Assembly: GCF_000181795.1 (NCBI RefSeq)
Contig: NW_003526940.1
Coordinates: 1,334,242 to 1,398,241, forward strand
DNA: 64,000 nt
Origin: Trichinella spiralis
Lineage: Eukaryota
Direction of reading: 5' to 3'
Part shown: one piece after another, positions 39,201 through 51,446 of the stretch
How positions within the stretch are numbered: the first letter of the stretch is position 1
How the letters are laid out: each line of letters opens with the position of its first letter
Translations under genes and position numbers: made by a program
Notes under the pieces: generated by a model
The model's input: the letters and a program-made list of their open reading frames with translations, nothing else
Databases searched by the model: none
Told to the model about the DNA's origin: nothing

Positions 39201-42200
39201 TTGTTTGTTTTCCATTTTTTAAGCATTAACATCATGTTATTCTTGAACAAACCTGAATTTTATTCTACAAAAGATTACGGGCTTATGGACCAAGAACGGA
39301 GGTGAGCATTTTGGAGCGCATTTGCTATATTTTGTTGCCATGCATGCATATTTTTTGATGAATTTCGTATATTTAAATGGGAAAAAGGGAATGTTTGAAT
39401 TTCAGTTTCAATTACAAGGCGGTATGTGAAAGTGGTCTTGACGAAGAGACGTTTTATGAAATTTTGAGCTCTACCGCCGCCGGCCAGTTGCCACTGAGCG
39501 GATTGGAAAAGTTTGAAATCGTCGAGGCGATTGTTCATCGCAGTTGTGCTTCACCGTTCAACGGTGGGATGTTGTTTGCTAATTTGTTTTGAACTAGAAA
39601 TTTCAAATTTGCTGAGAAAAGGCAAATTATCATAATATCAAATTTTTCTGTTCAGATCAAATCAATCTGCACATATCCGACGGCAAGATCATCGATTATG
39701 TATTGCAATGTTGCGTGTTGCAAATTCCCCACCAGCTGGAGCAGCAGTAAATTGAAGAAAATTTTGCAAAAAAATTTTTTTTGTTTTGAATAATGCCCAT
39801 TTTTTACAACAGAATGGTGAAACTTGCAAATGCGGTATTTTATTGGCGTGCTTGGATAGTTACTATCATCTTTGGAGCGTTGAATCCGAAAAGCGTGGGC
39901 GAAATTTTGTGGAATTGCTATCCAATTGCCCAGTGTTTCATGCACATGGTTATAACGGAGTAATATACTTATACATATATATATATGGACTTTTTAGTTG
40001 CTTGTTGTGTTGTTGTTTATTTTGCTTTGCATTTTAGCGATTTTGTTTATCCGCCTGCTGTACTGACTTGTAAAGAAGTTGACGCCGAAATGATTCGAAC
40101 TTTGGAAAATTTGGCAAGTTCATGAATTTTCATTCGTTCATTCTTATTTTTACAAATGAGCAACAATTATTTTATTCCATGTAGAATTTGGAACGGGATC
40201 AAAAAGCTGTGGCGGAATTGGAAGCCGTTGTTGGGAAAGAACTGACCGAAAGCTGTGGTATTTCTGCCGCTCAGATGATCATATACAATCCGTGGTGAGT
40301 TTCTTTGCTGCTTCTTATCCTTATTCGTATTGTTGTAATTTCTGAAGAACCAAAGAATTTCGTTTTTCAGCGGTCCTGTCCGTTCTCCTCCGCAGAGTAC
40401 TGTAGATTTGCTTCAACGCATTACGATGGCGTATTGTTTGAAAAATCGAATGTGCCTGTCACGTTCACCGGATTTTCTCATGGACATCATGAATCGACAA
40501 GTGCGACGAACCTTATTTATTTATTTATTTGTTTATTTTAAACTTGTGTTGTTTGGGTGAATTTTTAGGGAGATATATGTTCAGCTTGGTTGGTGGATTT
40601 GGTCAGGAGAAATGACGATCCTTTCAAATATTTACCAGTGGCTTGTAGTTGTGAATTTTTTCTCAACGACTGCGAAGATGCAGATAAGTTGGATTTGGCT
40701 TCTGATGCAAATCAACTTTTGGACACCAGTAACAACAACACTAGTGCCAGCAGCGCCAGCAGTACTGGCAGCGCGTTGGATCCATCTTGTCAGGTTTTGG
40801 ATTTTTTGAACTTTAATTTTAATCAACAATTTTTGTGGGAAAAATAATCATTTGAATTTTGTTTGTTTCAAGAGTTTGCGCTCTGAATTGAAGCGGAAAC
40901 GGATCTGCCTCGCCAATGAATTGAAGAGAACAATTCACGATGACAAGGGCGATCGCCACATGGCTGTACAAGCGTTGAGCTATTTGATTGGTCGTCTGAA
41001 GGACGAATCCAGTCGCACGCGTTGTTTCACCGTTCAGGTATATTTCATTCTTAAAACATGTGTACAACTCTGAGATATACAGTTTCAAAAGTGGTGAAAC
41101 ACATTTCAATTTGTAAGAAATTGATTATGCATGTAAATATTTACGTTCAGGCATTTCAAGAACTGTTGAAAGAAGAAGGAGAAGGAAGAGATTTGCCAAA
41201 AACAGAAGACCGAGATGTTAGCTGTGAGCCGGAATATTTTTGGCTTTTCTCAGCTTTACCTTCGTTGCCTTATTATCGTGATGTTATTGAAAACGTGACT
41301 GATGCGTTGTTTTCGGTAAATATCGCGAATGCTCACAATTTTGAAGCAGTCTTATTTATTTTTTTCTCTTATGTAAAGGCATGTCTTGTCGAAACTGACT
41401 TGCTACGGCTTCACGCATACATTGCCTATTTGCATCAACATGTGGATGAACAGCAAAGTACCAGATATTGCATGGTATTCAGATATTAGTTTTTGGATTT
41501 ATTGTACAATTTGATGAGTATAATTTGAATTGAATTGAATATTAGGCAATGTGCAATTTCATTAACAAAAGAAGTGCCACTTTTTTGCACCTGGTGCCAG
41601 TTTCTGCCGAGGATGCGAATGAGCTGTTCAAAATAGCCACGTTTTCCAGATTGCTTGAACTATTTTACAATCATATTTTGCAATCTGTCAACAAAACCGC
41701 AAAAGATGTTGTAAGGGATTATTTTCAAGTTTTGTCAATATTGTTTTTCTTTTCAAATGTCATTCATATTCATCCTATGAAAATTGAATTTAGAAAATTG
41801 AAGAAAGAGGTGAAAATTTTGTTCACTTGTACATCGGCGACAAAATTTCCACCGTTCATCAAGAATTCATTTCTGCTTTGCAATTACTGTTGGTGGGAAT
41901 TCCGAATACTGAAAGTGCGCAAAATGTTTAAAATTTATTTTATTGATTTTACTGATTTTATTTTTTGTGCAATTTAGCTGATTTTCTTTACGACAAAATG
42001 TTTGAGTTACTTTTTCAACTACATGGCCGCAATATGCTTACATTTACGGTGGACTTTTTCAGCACATTAATGCGTAGCAGTAATCATGTTTTCATTGATG
42101 CAGGTGATATATTCATTGTTTTGTTGTTACGAGAAAAAGAAAGCAATGTTTAAAATTTGTTTGACAACACGAATTTTTTGCAGTACTCGAAAAGGCAGAT

Positions 42201-45200
42201 CTCAACAGCGTTATTTCGTGCTTATTACAATTTGGCTTGCCAATTGACAATGTTTCGTAAGTGGATATCTCAGATTTTTTGCAATTTTAATAATGGAAAT
42301 TGAAATTGTAGAAAATTGTTACGAAAACTGAACAATCTTTTGGAAAGTTCACAAAATATTCCACATTCGACGGTGCAGCAACTTCTTGCCATGAGGTACA
42401 TAATTGGCGCTTATGTTGAAAATGGTTCGGTGGCCAGTGATCAGTATTTGCGGCTCGTTCACAAATACACTGTTGCAGATGGTATTGTTTATTGGAAATA
42501 ATAATTGAAAAATAATATTTTTTTTGTTTATAGAATCACAACAACAGCAATTTTATTGGGAAAATGCAGAAATTGAAGATGAAGATGAAGATGAACCAAT
42601 GGATGTGGCGTATGCTGATAATGTTGCACTGACAACTTGGTCGTGTGAAGAATGTTTGCAAGCGTTGTTCGTGGAATTGAAAGATGACTTGGATTATGGT
42701 TGGATATCACCGTTGCAAGAAGCGGTCAGTGAATTGTTGGCAGATTTTTCGCCAGCATTGTTGCTTAGATGTGCAAACTGGTTATGCGACACGTTTTCCA
42801 CCTGGAAAGTCGATGCTGGTATATTGAAAAATTACAATTCTCTCCAAACGATCTTGATCGTTCTTCTGTGTCTTGAGACAGAGGTAAATAAGATAACAGA
42901 GGCAAGCGTGTTTTTTTCAATTGAATACAGTATGTTTGTGATTTTCAGGAAGAAGTTCGAATGAGCATGTCATCAATAGTGGAGAGGTTGAGGAAAATTC
43001 CCAACTTTGATGGAGAAGAAGTTATCAGAGGTTGCAGACGTCTGCTGGGAAAAGGTAGAAAGCTTGTTGAAAAATGATTTCATTGAATTTTAACGATGTA
43101 TTATTTTCCTTTTTGAGAAATCAGCGAAATAAGGCGAAGAACATCACTGCCCGAGTTCACAGATTCAGCAATTGAGAAGAGAAAATTAGTTTCATCGTTT
43201 GATCGATCTTTGATACGTTTCAACCCTGAATTGATGAGCACAACGATCACAGATGTCATCGAATATGCCGTTTCCAGTGCAAATCCTTCTCAAAATCAAG
43301 TTGTTCTGTTCGCTTTGCTTCATATGACCAAACTTTCTACCGTTGTCGATATTGTCCATTGCATGCTGTCCGATTACTTTGAGAGGTTTGTTTTATACAG
43401 TTCTGTACAACATATATTTATTTATTCATTTATGCAAACGTGTGTATAATTTTGAATAATCAGAGTTTTGTTCTTTTAAGTTATAATCCAACAATAATAT
43501 TGGATTTCGTAGCGGCCAGTTATAAAAGTTTACGACTGCCGTGCAGTCAAGATTTGAGGCCGGTTCGTTTTTATGAAAGGCCTTTCCATTTGGAGGCGGA
43601 TCACTTGCTGTCTTTGGCAAAGTACATCTTGGCCGAGTTCAGCATTCACTTGGTTCCACTGGTCAGTCTCGGAGAAGCGCCGGCGGGAGAGTGCGTCGAA
43701 TGGCTCGGAGGGTCGGATGAAGTTTTACAAAGCGAACAGAATTGGCGAAACGTGAGAGAAGAGCTTTCGATGCAGAGCGCTTTGCTGGAGATGCGCATGA
43801 AGCTGCTGCTGGAAGCATGCGACGACGACAGGCAATTGATGCCCGTGATCAATTGGCTGGAAATAAAACGGGCCCAAGACAATGAATTGAGGTTGATTTG
43901 TTTCTTTGTTCTTCGTTGAAATTTTATGTTAATTTAGTATTTTTTATCAGGGAATTGTGCGATCTTATGATCATGCACATATATTTCAAACGAACCGGAT
44001 CTTGTCCCATTTCTGGGGGTGGTTACCCGCTATCCGATCATCTCAGTGAGCTTGTCAATTGGCAATACAATCACGTCAGTTGTTGTTGTTGTTGATGATG
44101 ATGTTATTTATATGATGTTGTTGATTTGATTTCAGATGGATACTGTATTGCATCATCTGATTCGGAGGTCTGCAGCATTGGCTCGACAGGGGAATGTTAA
44201 AGATGAGTTGAAAGTTGTATGCTCGATGTTGCGTCGACATGCATCCTTTCATCCAGAGTTGGTAGTTAGGTAATCAGACAAACAAACAATCAAACAAACA
44301 GACAAACGAGATTTATTTTTTTTTACCTTCAGACATTTGCCTTTGATAGCTGCTCTGCTTCGAGGCACCACCGAAATCGACGGCAGATCTTATACACAAA
44401 CGAATTATCTTTTCTGGTTTGCCGAGCTGATGTCGTTGTTGAAATTGTTGATGCCTCAAGCGTGCAACAAATGCTTCGTCTCTTCGTTGATGGATATTTT
44501 TTCGTCTTTTTTTAAATTTATTAAAGTAAATTTTAAAATATATATATATAATAAAATCGAAATTTCATATCGATGATATTCAATATTTCAGATGCACGTG
44601 CTTAGGAATAACAGTTTGCTCGGTTATGCGGACAATATGTTTGCGTTGTTGAACAGTTTTCTCAGCGAAAGTTATTGCGCGATCAAGTATTTATTAGCGA
44701 AAGAACCGTTGATAAGGTGAAAAATTATTTTTTATTTATGCAAATTTTTCATACAAGAGAACATGAGAAAATAATCATTAAAAAAATCGCTTTTTATTCC
44801 CATCAGGACGATTGCGGAACGTTACCCGGAAGTGGTGAGCATACAGGCGGTGATTTCTTTCATGGAAAGTGTCGTCAATTTTGAACGTGAAATTGACGAC
44901 GATGGCAGCTTCACCAGCTCCCCGTCCACCCCGTCGTCCACACCGGTCAACTCCATTACCACTGCTCTGCCGGCGGACGATAGCAGGCCCATTTCGCAGA
45001 AATCTTCGCCTCTCATCTCTTTGGTGTCCAGTTCTGAGAACACTATAACTGCGAAAGGTATTACTTTTTTTTGAAATATTAATTTGATTTCTTGTTTTGA
45101 AAAATAATTCATTTCAAGGTATAAAGCAACTTTTTGAAGAAGCTGACGAATGTTTTCAAACTGATCATGAAAAGATTGCATCATCTTTGGTGAGGGATTG

Positions 45201-45724
45201 TTGTTCTTTATATAATTATGTATATATTATTATTCATTTTATTATTTGGGTTTCAGGAAAATGTGTCCACTTATATGCTTAATGTAAACGAAGAGGTTCG
45301 GAAATCTGCCGTCGCACTTACGCTTAAACTTGCCAAAGAATATCCCAGGTTTATATTTTGATTGGATTGGGGAAAGTTCTTTTTTTTATTAATGCGTATT
45401 CATTGCAGCAAATACGAGTGTATTTTACCAACAATCTATGCAGCTTTAGAAGGTGACAATTTGAACGCTCTGAAAGTCCTGCTAGAATCTTTTGGTGAAA
45501 TTAGTATTGTTTTTCCAAGTTAGTATTTTTTTTGTGTCTGTATTTGTATGTATTGTGCATATTTGTTTTTTTTCTCAGCTCAAATATTATCTCGTCTATT
45601 TGGTATGGCTTTCAGTCGTTTGCTTGTTGACGACTCTCTGAGGGAACTGTTTGTTCAATTTTTCATGCATTTACTTCTGACCGTCAATCATGTATCGGCG
45701 AACGCCAGTGCTGAACGTCACTGA
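36291..45724 (+). CDS. INTS1: Integrator complex subunit 1 (many short introns; internal exon boundaries not all resolved)
   Basis: N-terminal QPSGNFIALG (compare PPGDFIALG). FIQDSLGERLWVDRKECNTFVKNI (~37210-37290). RNLLLTLASCCGHEEIRQMASQKLDGWLQTNK (~37808-37902). HPELVVRHLPLIAALLRG (~44250-44370). All match recalled INTS1 sequence in order. Start inferred at 36291 (MQKMERK..). Last exon ends with TGA at 45722-45724. Confidence 0.88.
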
Positions 45725-46105
45725 CCGACTGACTGATGGATATATGGAGATGTACCACCTAAGAGTTGCTCCCACCATTCTGGCAATCTCTACCGCTGTA
45801 CAATATATATATATATATACATGTATATATATGTACATAATTTTTTCCATCTTTCTATTTACCTTCTGTGTGTTATTTTACAATTGCATATTTTGCATTT
45901 CTTATTTTTTATAAATAAAAAAATGCAAGCATAATTGATAATAATAATTATTGAAAGTTTGATAACGACAGTTGCGTTCAGTATTGACACGAATCTCTAA
46001 ATAAATAAATAACAATAAATTAGTTGGAGACTTTTTTTTCTTTCCTCGTCGATGAAATTTAAAAAATAGCCTACCACACTGATTAGTTGGTTGGTTGTTC
46101 TGCTT

Positions 46106-48539
46106 GGGATAGTCTTTCTAGGTAAAATTTTCAGTGCTAATGTTCCATTGGTTGGTAAAAAATCGATTTTCATTGGATCGCTTCTCATTGCATAGTTATG
46201 GCGTAATAACATTGGTTCTATTGCCTAAATTTTTCATTGATTAAAATTGTTCGGCTTTGATTAGCTACAATTTTTTTTATTTCATTGGTCCAAATTTTTA
46301 ATTACATAACAATTCATTACGTAATCTTTGATTTCTTTTAGTGTTTTATCCGTGACGTCACCAATTTGACAGTTAAATTTTTTCACTGTTTTTAGCTGTT
46401 TTTCTTTTAAATATATTACTTTTCCACTTTCCACTTTTAGTGATTAGTATTTGAAATTGATTTTAAAAAATTTCATCGCCGTTGCATGTTCCCAGTCATC
46501 TGTCAAGTCTGATGGATGGAAATGAAGCAAACCGCTTGTTTGCTTCATTCGAACCGATGTAAACAGGACACATCCGTATCTAAAAATAGAACGGAATTTT
46601 CTACAACTGCAGTTGCAAGGAGTGGTGATTGCTTAATGTTAGCATCGACTTATTTTTCTGATTTCAGCTTCTGAAAAGTTTATCACTTGTAGATTCTCCC
46701 TTTGTATTTGAATAGGCTTTAGCTGCTTTGCAGAAGGGTCAAGGCCGGGAAATAAAAGATCAATATATGCTTTATGCCTGCCGACGATGATAATTAGCAA
46801 TGATCATATTTTGGTGGAACATATGCAGTGCTAGAGGAAGATAACGTGAGATGAAAAATAATTTTCTTTGCTTTCATATTTGTTTGGTGAAATGTTTTCA
46901 AAATCCAACAGATCTTTTTCGATCTGGAATGTTCAACATTTGGTTATCATCGTAATACAACAATTGCAACTTGAATGTTTAGTCAACCCAGTAGTCGGTT
47001 TTACTTTAGATATTGAAAAACAAGTTTAACGCAGCTTACACAAAATGTATAATCACAAATTTCTATTTTAAACAGAATTCCAGATTTTATTTTTTATTTA
47101 AATGATACATAAGAAGAAAAACAATAACTCTTGTGAAGAGAAGCGAAAGAAAGATTGGAAAGATTAAATTTTTTATGCAAGCTAGAAATATTTTCAGAAA
47201 ACATTCAGGCAAAATCAGAAAAGTGTTTCGATGCTAACATTCAGCAGTCACCACTCCCAGATTTAGCTGAAAACTGCAGCTTTAGACAATTTATCAATTT
47301 TAGATTTTCCCTTTGTATTTGAATAGCTTTCGACTAGCTTTCATCAGAACAATATCTGTCAAACAGAAAAAAGAACCTTAGGCATAAATCTTATTTAATT
47401 GTTAGCTAAGAAGGTAGTTTGTATGACGAGTGAAAGCAACTGTTGGCTGACATTTATTTTGAACAGTATTTTTAATTTTAAACTCGTATCTATAAATAAA
47501 AGTGAAGCACTTCGAAAGCAGAAAGAAAGCAATGAACAGCGCCAATTGTAAAATTGTATTGTAAAACCACATTGTGCTACATGTATTGTAAAAATTCCAG
47601 ACTAGCAGTATTATTGCTTGAATTTATGCCTTGCACATTTCTATAGCATCCTGCTGGTCACAAATACTGAAATTCTAGCTCCTGTAGGGTATCGTGAAAT
47701 GTTTAATAAACATTTGGTGCAGTATGTACTGACTTCACATTATATACAAGGGTTTGTAAAAAATTTCTCAGTGCAGCGTAGCTGCTGCACAGATTGAACT
47801 GAAAATGCTTTTGGCTAGCTTAGGGGAAATTTAATTCATATGTGTGTTGATCTAGTGAAATTTCAGAAAATCTTGTGTAATGAATTTTGACTTTCCTCAT
47901 GATAATCGCTGCATAGCTTTCTTCATTATCAAATTCGTTGACAAGGCAAGCTTTGCTGCCATCGTAAAACGTCATTACGTGCGAATTATGAAAACAATGA
48001 ATGACCCAGATAAGCATGTTCACTTAAAATCTCTTTGTTCAGTTATCTCTTCGTTAGGCAGTTCATTTGATTAGAATGATGCAGTTGCATAATAAAGATA
48101 TTTATTTAATTTGTAAAAAACAAGACCTTCAATTGTAGTTTTCCTTATGAATTTCAGTTTGTGAATTACGGAACCAACATAAGCCAATAAACAAAAGGAG
48201 GTGATACACGCTCAAGCGTTAGTAAAACATTGAATTTTTTAAAACCATATTACAAATACTAATCACTAAAAATTCAAAGTTGAAAAGTAAATATTTAAAA
48301 GAAAAACAGCTAAAAACAGTGAAAAAATTAAACTGTCAAATTGGTGGCGTCAGGAATCAAACACTAAAAGAAATCAAAGATTACGTAATGAATTGTTATG
48401 TAATTAAAAATTTGGACCAATGAAATGAAAAAAATTGTAGCTAATCAAAGCAGAACAATTTCAATCAATGAAAAGTTTAGGCAATAGAACCAATGCTATT
48501 ACGCCATAACTATGCAATGAAAAGCGATCCAATGAAAAC
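46106..48539. mobile_element. Non-autonomous Mutator-like element with long terminal inverted repeats
   Basis: About 46166-46475 is the near-exact reverse complement of about 48231-48539. The 9-bp sequence GTTCTGCTT lies directly at both flanks (46097-46105 and 48540-48548). The left end starts GGGATAG. An internal frame VCTDF...KFLSAA*LLHRLN (47722-47799) weakly resembles a DDE transposase segment. Confidence 0.75.
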
Positions 48540-49050
48540 GTTCTGCTTGCTTGTATGTTAATGTTCAAAAAACTGATGGATCAATCGCACTTTTATTTTG
48601 CAGGAGAATTTCGAAAAAAAAATTTTTTTAAAGCAAAAATGAATTCGTCCAGTTTCGGATAAGTAATAAAATTCACATCAACGGTAAAATGATAATAATA
48701 AGAAAGAAGAACAGCAGCAGTTTTGAAGAAAGTTTTCCATGGAGCTAGCTCGAAATAATAATAATTAATAAAAAATAATAATAACTGGTATCGTTTTCTA
48801 CGGTAACACCGTTTTTCTTTTCTTTTGAATGGCAATTTAAGTAGAAGAAAGCGAAAAATAAAATTCGATGACGAAGAACGTTTCAGCTGTAGCAGTTAGA
48901 TGAAAACTCATCATGCTTAAGCTACATATGCAAATACACATAGCAGATTGAAGATGATGAGAAACGGAAGAAAAAAAGAAAGTAAATAAACAAAGAAACA
49001 AACAAAAAATATCATAAATGTTCTCTTTCACGGTCTTGTATAGTTATAAT

Positions 49051-51383
49051 TTAAGCGGCTTTCTCTCCCACTGGACCGGTGGTTCCGTTGTTCAACAATG
49101 AAGAGTCCAATTCAGCAACCGCGTGGAAATCATCCTTGCCAAAAGAGATGCCTTGGCTGAAACCTTCACGAAGATCCGCCAGACGCAAGTCGATCTGCCT
49201 GATCGCCTGGTCGTACATCTGAGCGCTTGGCTTCGAAGTCATCATCCTTTCAACGTTGCTGTTGTTGTTGTTCAACGGTCCACCAGCACCAGATGAAGCT
49301 GTTGCTGGGTCGGAGGAAGATATCATTGCACTTTGGCCCATCAGGTCCAAATCACCGAGGAGATCGGAAAGACAAGAAGACGAAGAAGCTAGAAGAGGAT
49401 AGCATTGTTGTTGTTGTTGTTGCTGGTGGTGGTGGTGGTGCTGTTCCTCAGCTCGTGGATCAAATTCCGGGTCGTAAACCGTAGCGGCACTGGTAGGGGC
49501 AATTTTGGTCGGTTGCAAAGGTCCGGTCGCTTTCACCAACGCTTCAAGCGGATGCTTCAACGGATCAATGACCACAAACGGATCCGCGGTGAACGGTTCC
49601 GGGGGTGCGGCTGATTTTTCCAACAAACTCGGTCTGGCTGGAAGGGGCGGTGGTGGTGACGACGGTGGAGGCGGCGGTACGGGGCTCGTCGGTAACGGCG
49701 GCACTTTCACCGGATTGTGACTATCGTCGAAACTTTCCCACGCCTAATTGAAAATGAAATTACAATTCACCAAACAATTAAAATCTTTTTTTCTCTCTTT
49801 CTCTTAGTCAAGAGATGTTCAAAAAGTCAAAAAAAAGCGCATCGATATTACATCTTCTTCTTCTTCTTCTTCTTGATAACACAACTTCAAAAAATGTCAA
49901 ATACATATCATCACTGAATTCTGAGCAAAAATTAAAAAAAAAACATCCAAATAACCTTTTCAACGGAAATTATAAATTCAAATCCTGTGAACAGATCGAT
50001 TGTGCAATGTGCATGCACAGCTTCATTTGCACAACAACAATAGCGTATGACCTTTCGTCGAAGATGTTAAAAGAAAATAATAAAATCACACGTTGAATGA
50101 AAGAAAGACCAATTTCATCACATTTTCGTATTTTCTTTTGCAAAATATGTTATCATGAAAAAGCATCTCGCAAGGTTACGAGCTAGTTACTATACAACTA
50201 GTACTAGTAGTAGCAGTAGCAGTAGGAATGATAAAATTAAATTCATACCAGTTCCAGACAAGAAATGAAAAATAATTGCTCTCTGGCGAAAATACTTTTT
50301 TAAACATATTACAATACTGGTGGTGTAAAATCAAAAACAAAAATCAATATACAAAACTTACACTATACTAAAATATGCATAAAAAGTAAATTGAATTGCA
50401 ATTAAATTGTTGCTATTATTATTTGTATTTCACTAAAATACATTCTCCAGAGAATAAATAATTCAGTTTCGTTATCGTCATCTTTAAAAACTGGACTTCT
50501 TTGTAAAAACCTGTCCCACAAGAATGGCTTACTTTGATCAGCTGATTCGAAAAATTACAATTAAAAAATTTTTTCCACTATATAAATAAATACATAGCAT
50601 AATAAAAGAAAAATAAACAATTAGTATTATTACCTTAGATGGCCGTTTGGAACGTTCGTCCGAATCGACGACACCGTTGGATAAACCGGACGTTTTTACA
50701 GCAGCGGATACATCAGAACGACGCTGCTGTTCGGCTAGTTGGTGCTTCAAGTTGCTGTTCTCTTCTTCCAACTCTTGCACCCGTTTGCGCAGAATGATCA
50801 ACTGCTTTTTCACTTCCAAATCTCTGCCGTTGTTCTCCAAAAAGCGCCTGTAGGCCAAGTCAAAAGCCTCGCCGACGGTCAGCGTGATCTCCTCGGCCAC
50901 TTTGTTGCACAAAAAGACGTGACAATCGTGTTCGGATGATTCGGCACTACGCTTGACAATATATGCAAAAACACGCTTATCCTGCTTGTCGTCGGCACAA
51001 AAGGAGATTCTGTGCAACGCGTGCTGGCAAACGAGCACTTTCGTTTTCACGTCCACCAACGTGATGCCGTAAATTGAAATCTGTATCAACACTTTCTGCA
51101 ATTTGTATCCGTGGGAACGGTTCAACTGTAAATTGAAGCGCAACTTCTGCACCGCCTCTTTGATCACGTCAATACCCTTCGACTGTGGCACGGCCACGCT
51201 GCCCAAATATTTCACCGAAAACTCAATCTGCCCGTGGGTTAGCGTGTCCGGTGGGAATATCCAGTTGTTCTTGGTTTTGTTACCGTTCGCTTGCGACATG
51301 GCTTCTTCAAAAGTGTAACTTCGTTTAAATACAGCTGCCGTATTTTGCATCAACTTTGTCATGCGATTCTTGGCTTTGCTCAT
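49051..51383 (-). CDS. ced-6: CED-6/GULP PTB-domain engulfment and endocytic adaptor, ~480 aa
   Basis: Exons 51383-50634 and 49743-49051, in frame. PTB domain WIFPPDTL..FSVKYLG..KG..LHRISFCADDKQDKRVFAYI..AEEITLTVGEAFDLAYRRFL, followed by a coiled coil (LRKRVQELEEENSNLK). Pro-rich tail. C-terminal LADLREGFSQGISFG resembles the GULP tail. Confidence 0.93.
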
Positions 51384-51408
51384 CTTCAAGCAAACACACA
51401 CACGCACG

Positions 51409-51412
<4 letters not shown>

Positions 51413-51445
<33 letters not shown>
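51413..51445. repeat. (CAGA)n microsatellite next to a short CA run, upstream of the ced-6 ATG
   Basis: Direct reading of the sequence. Confidence 0.9.
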
Positions 51446-51446
<1 letters not shown>

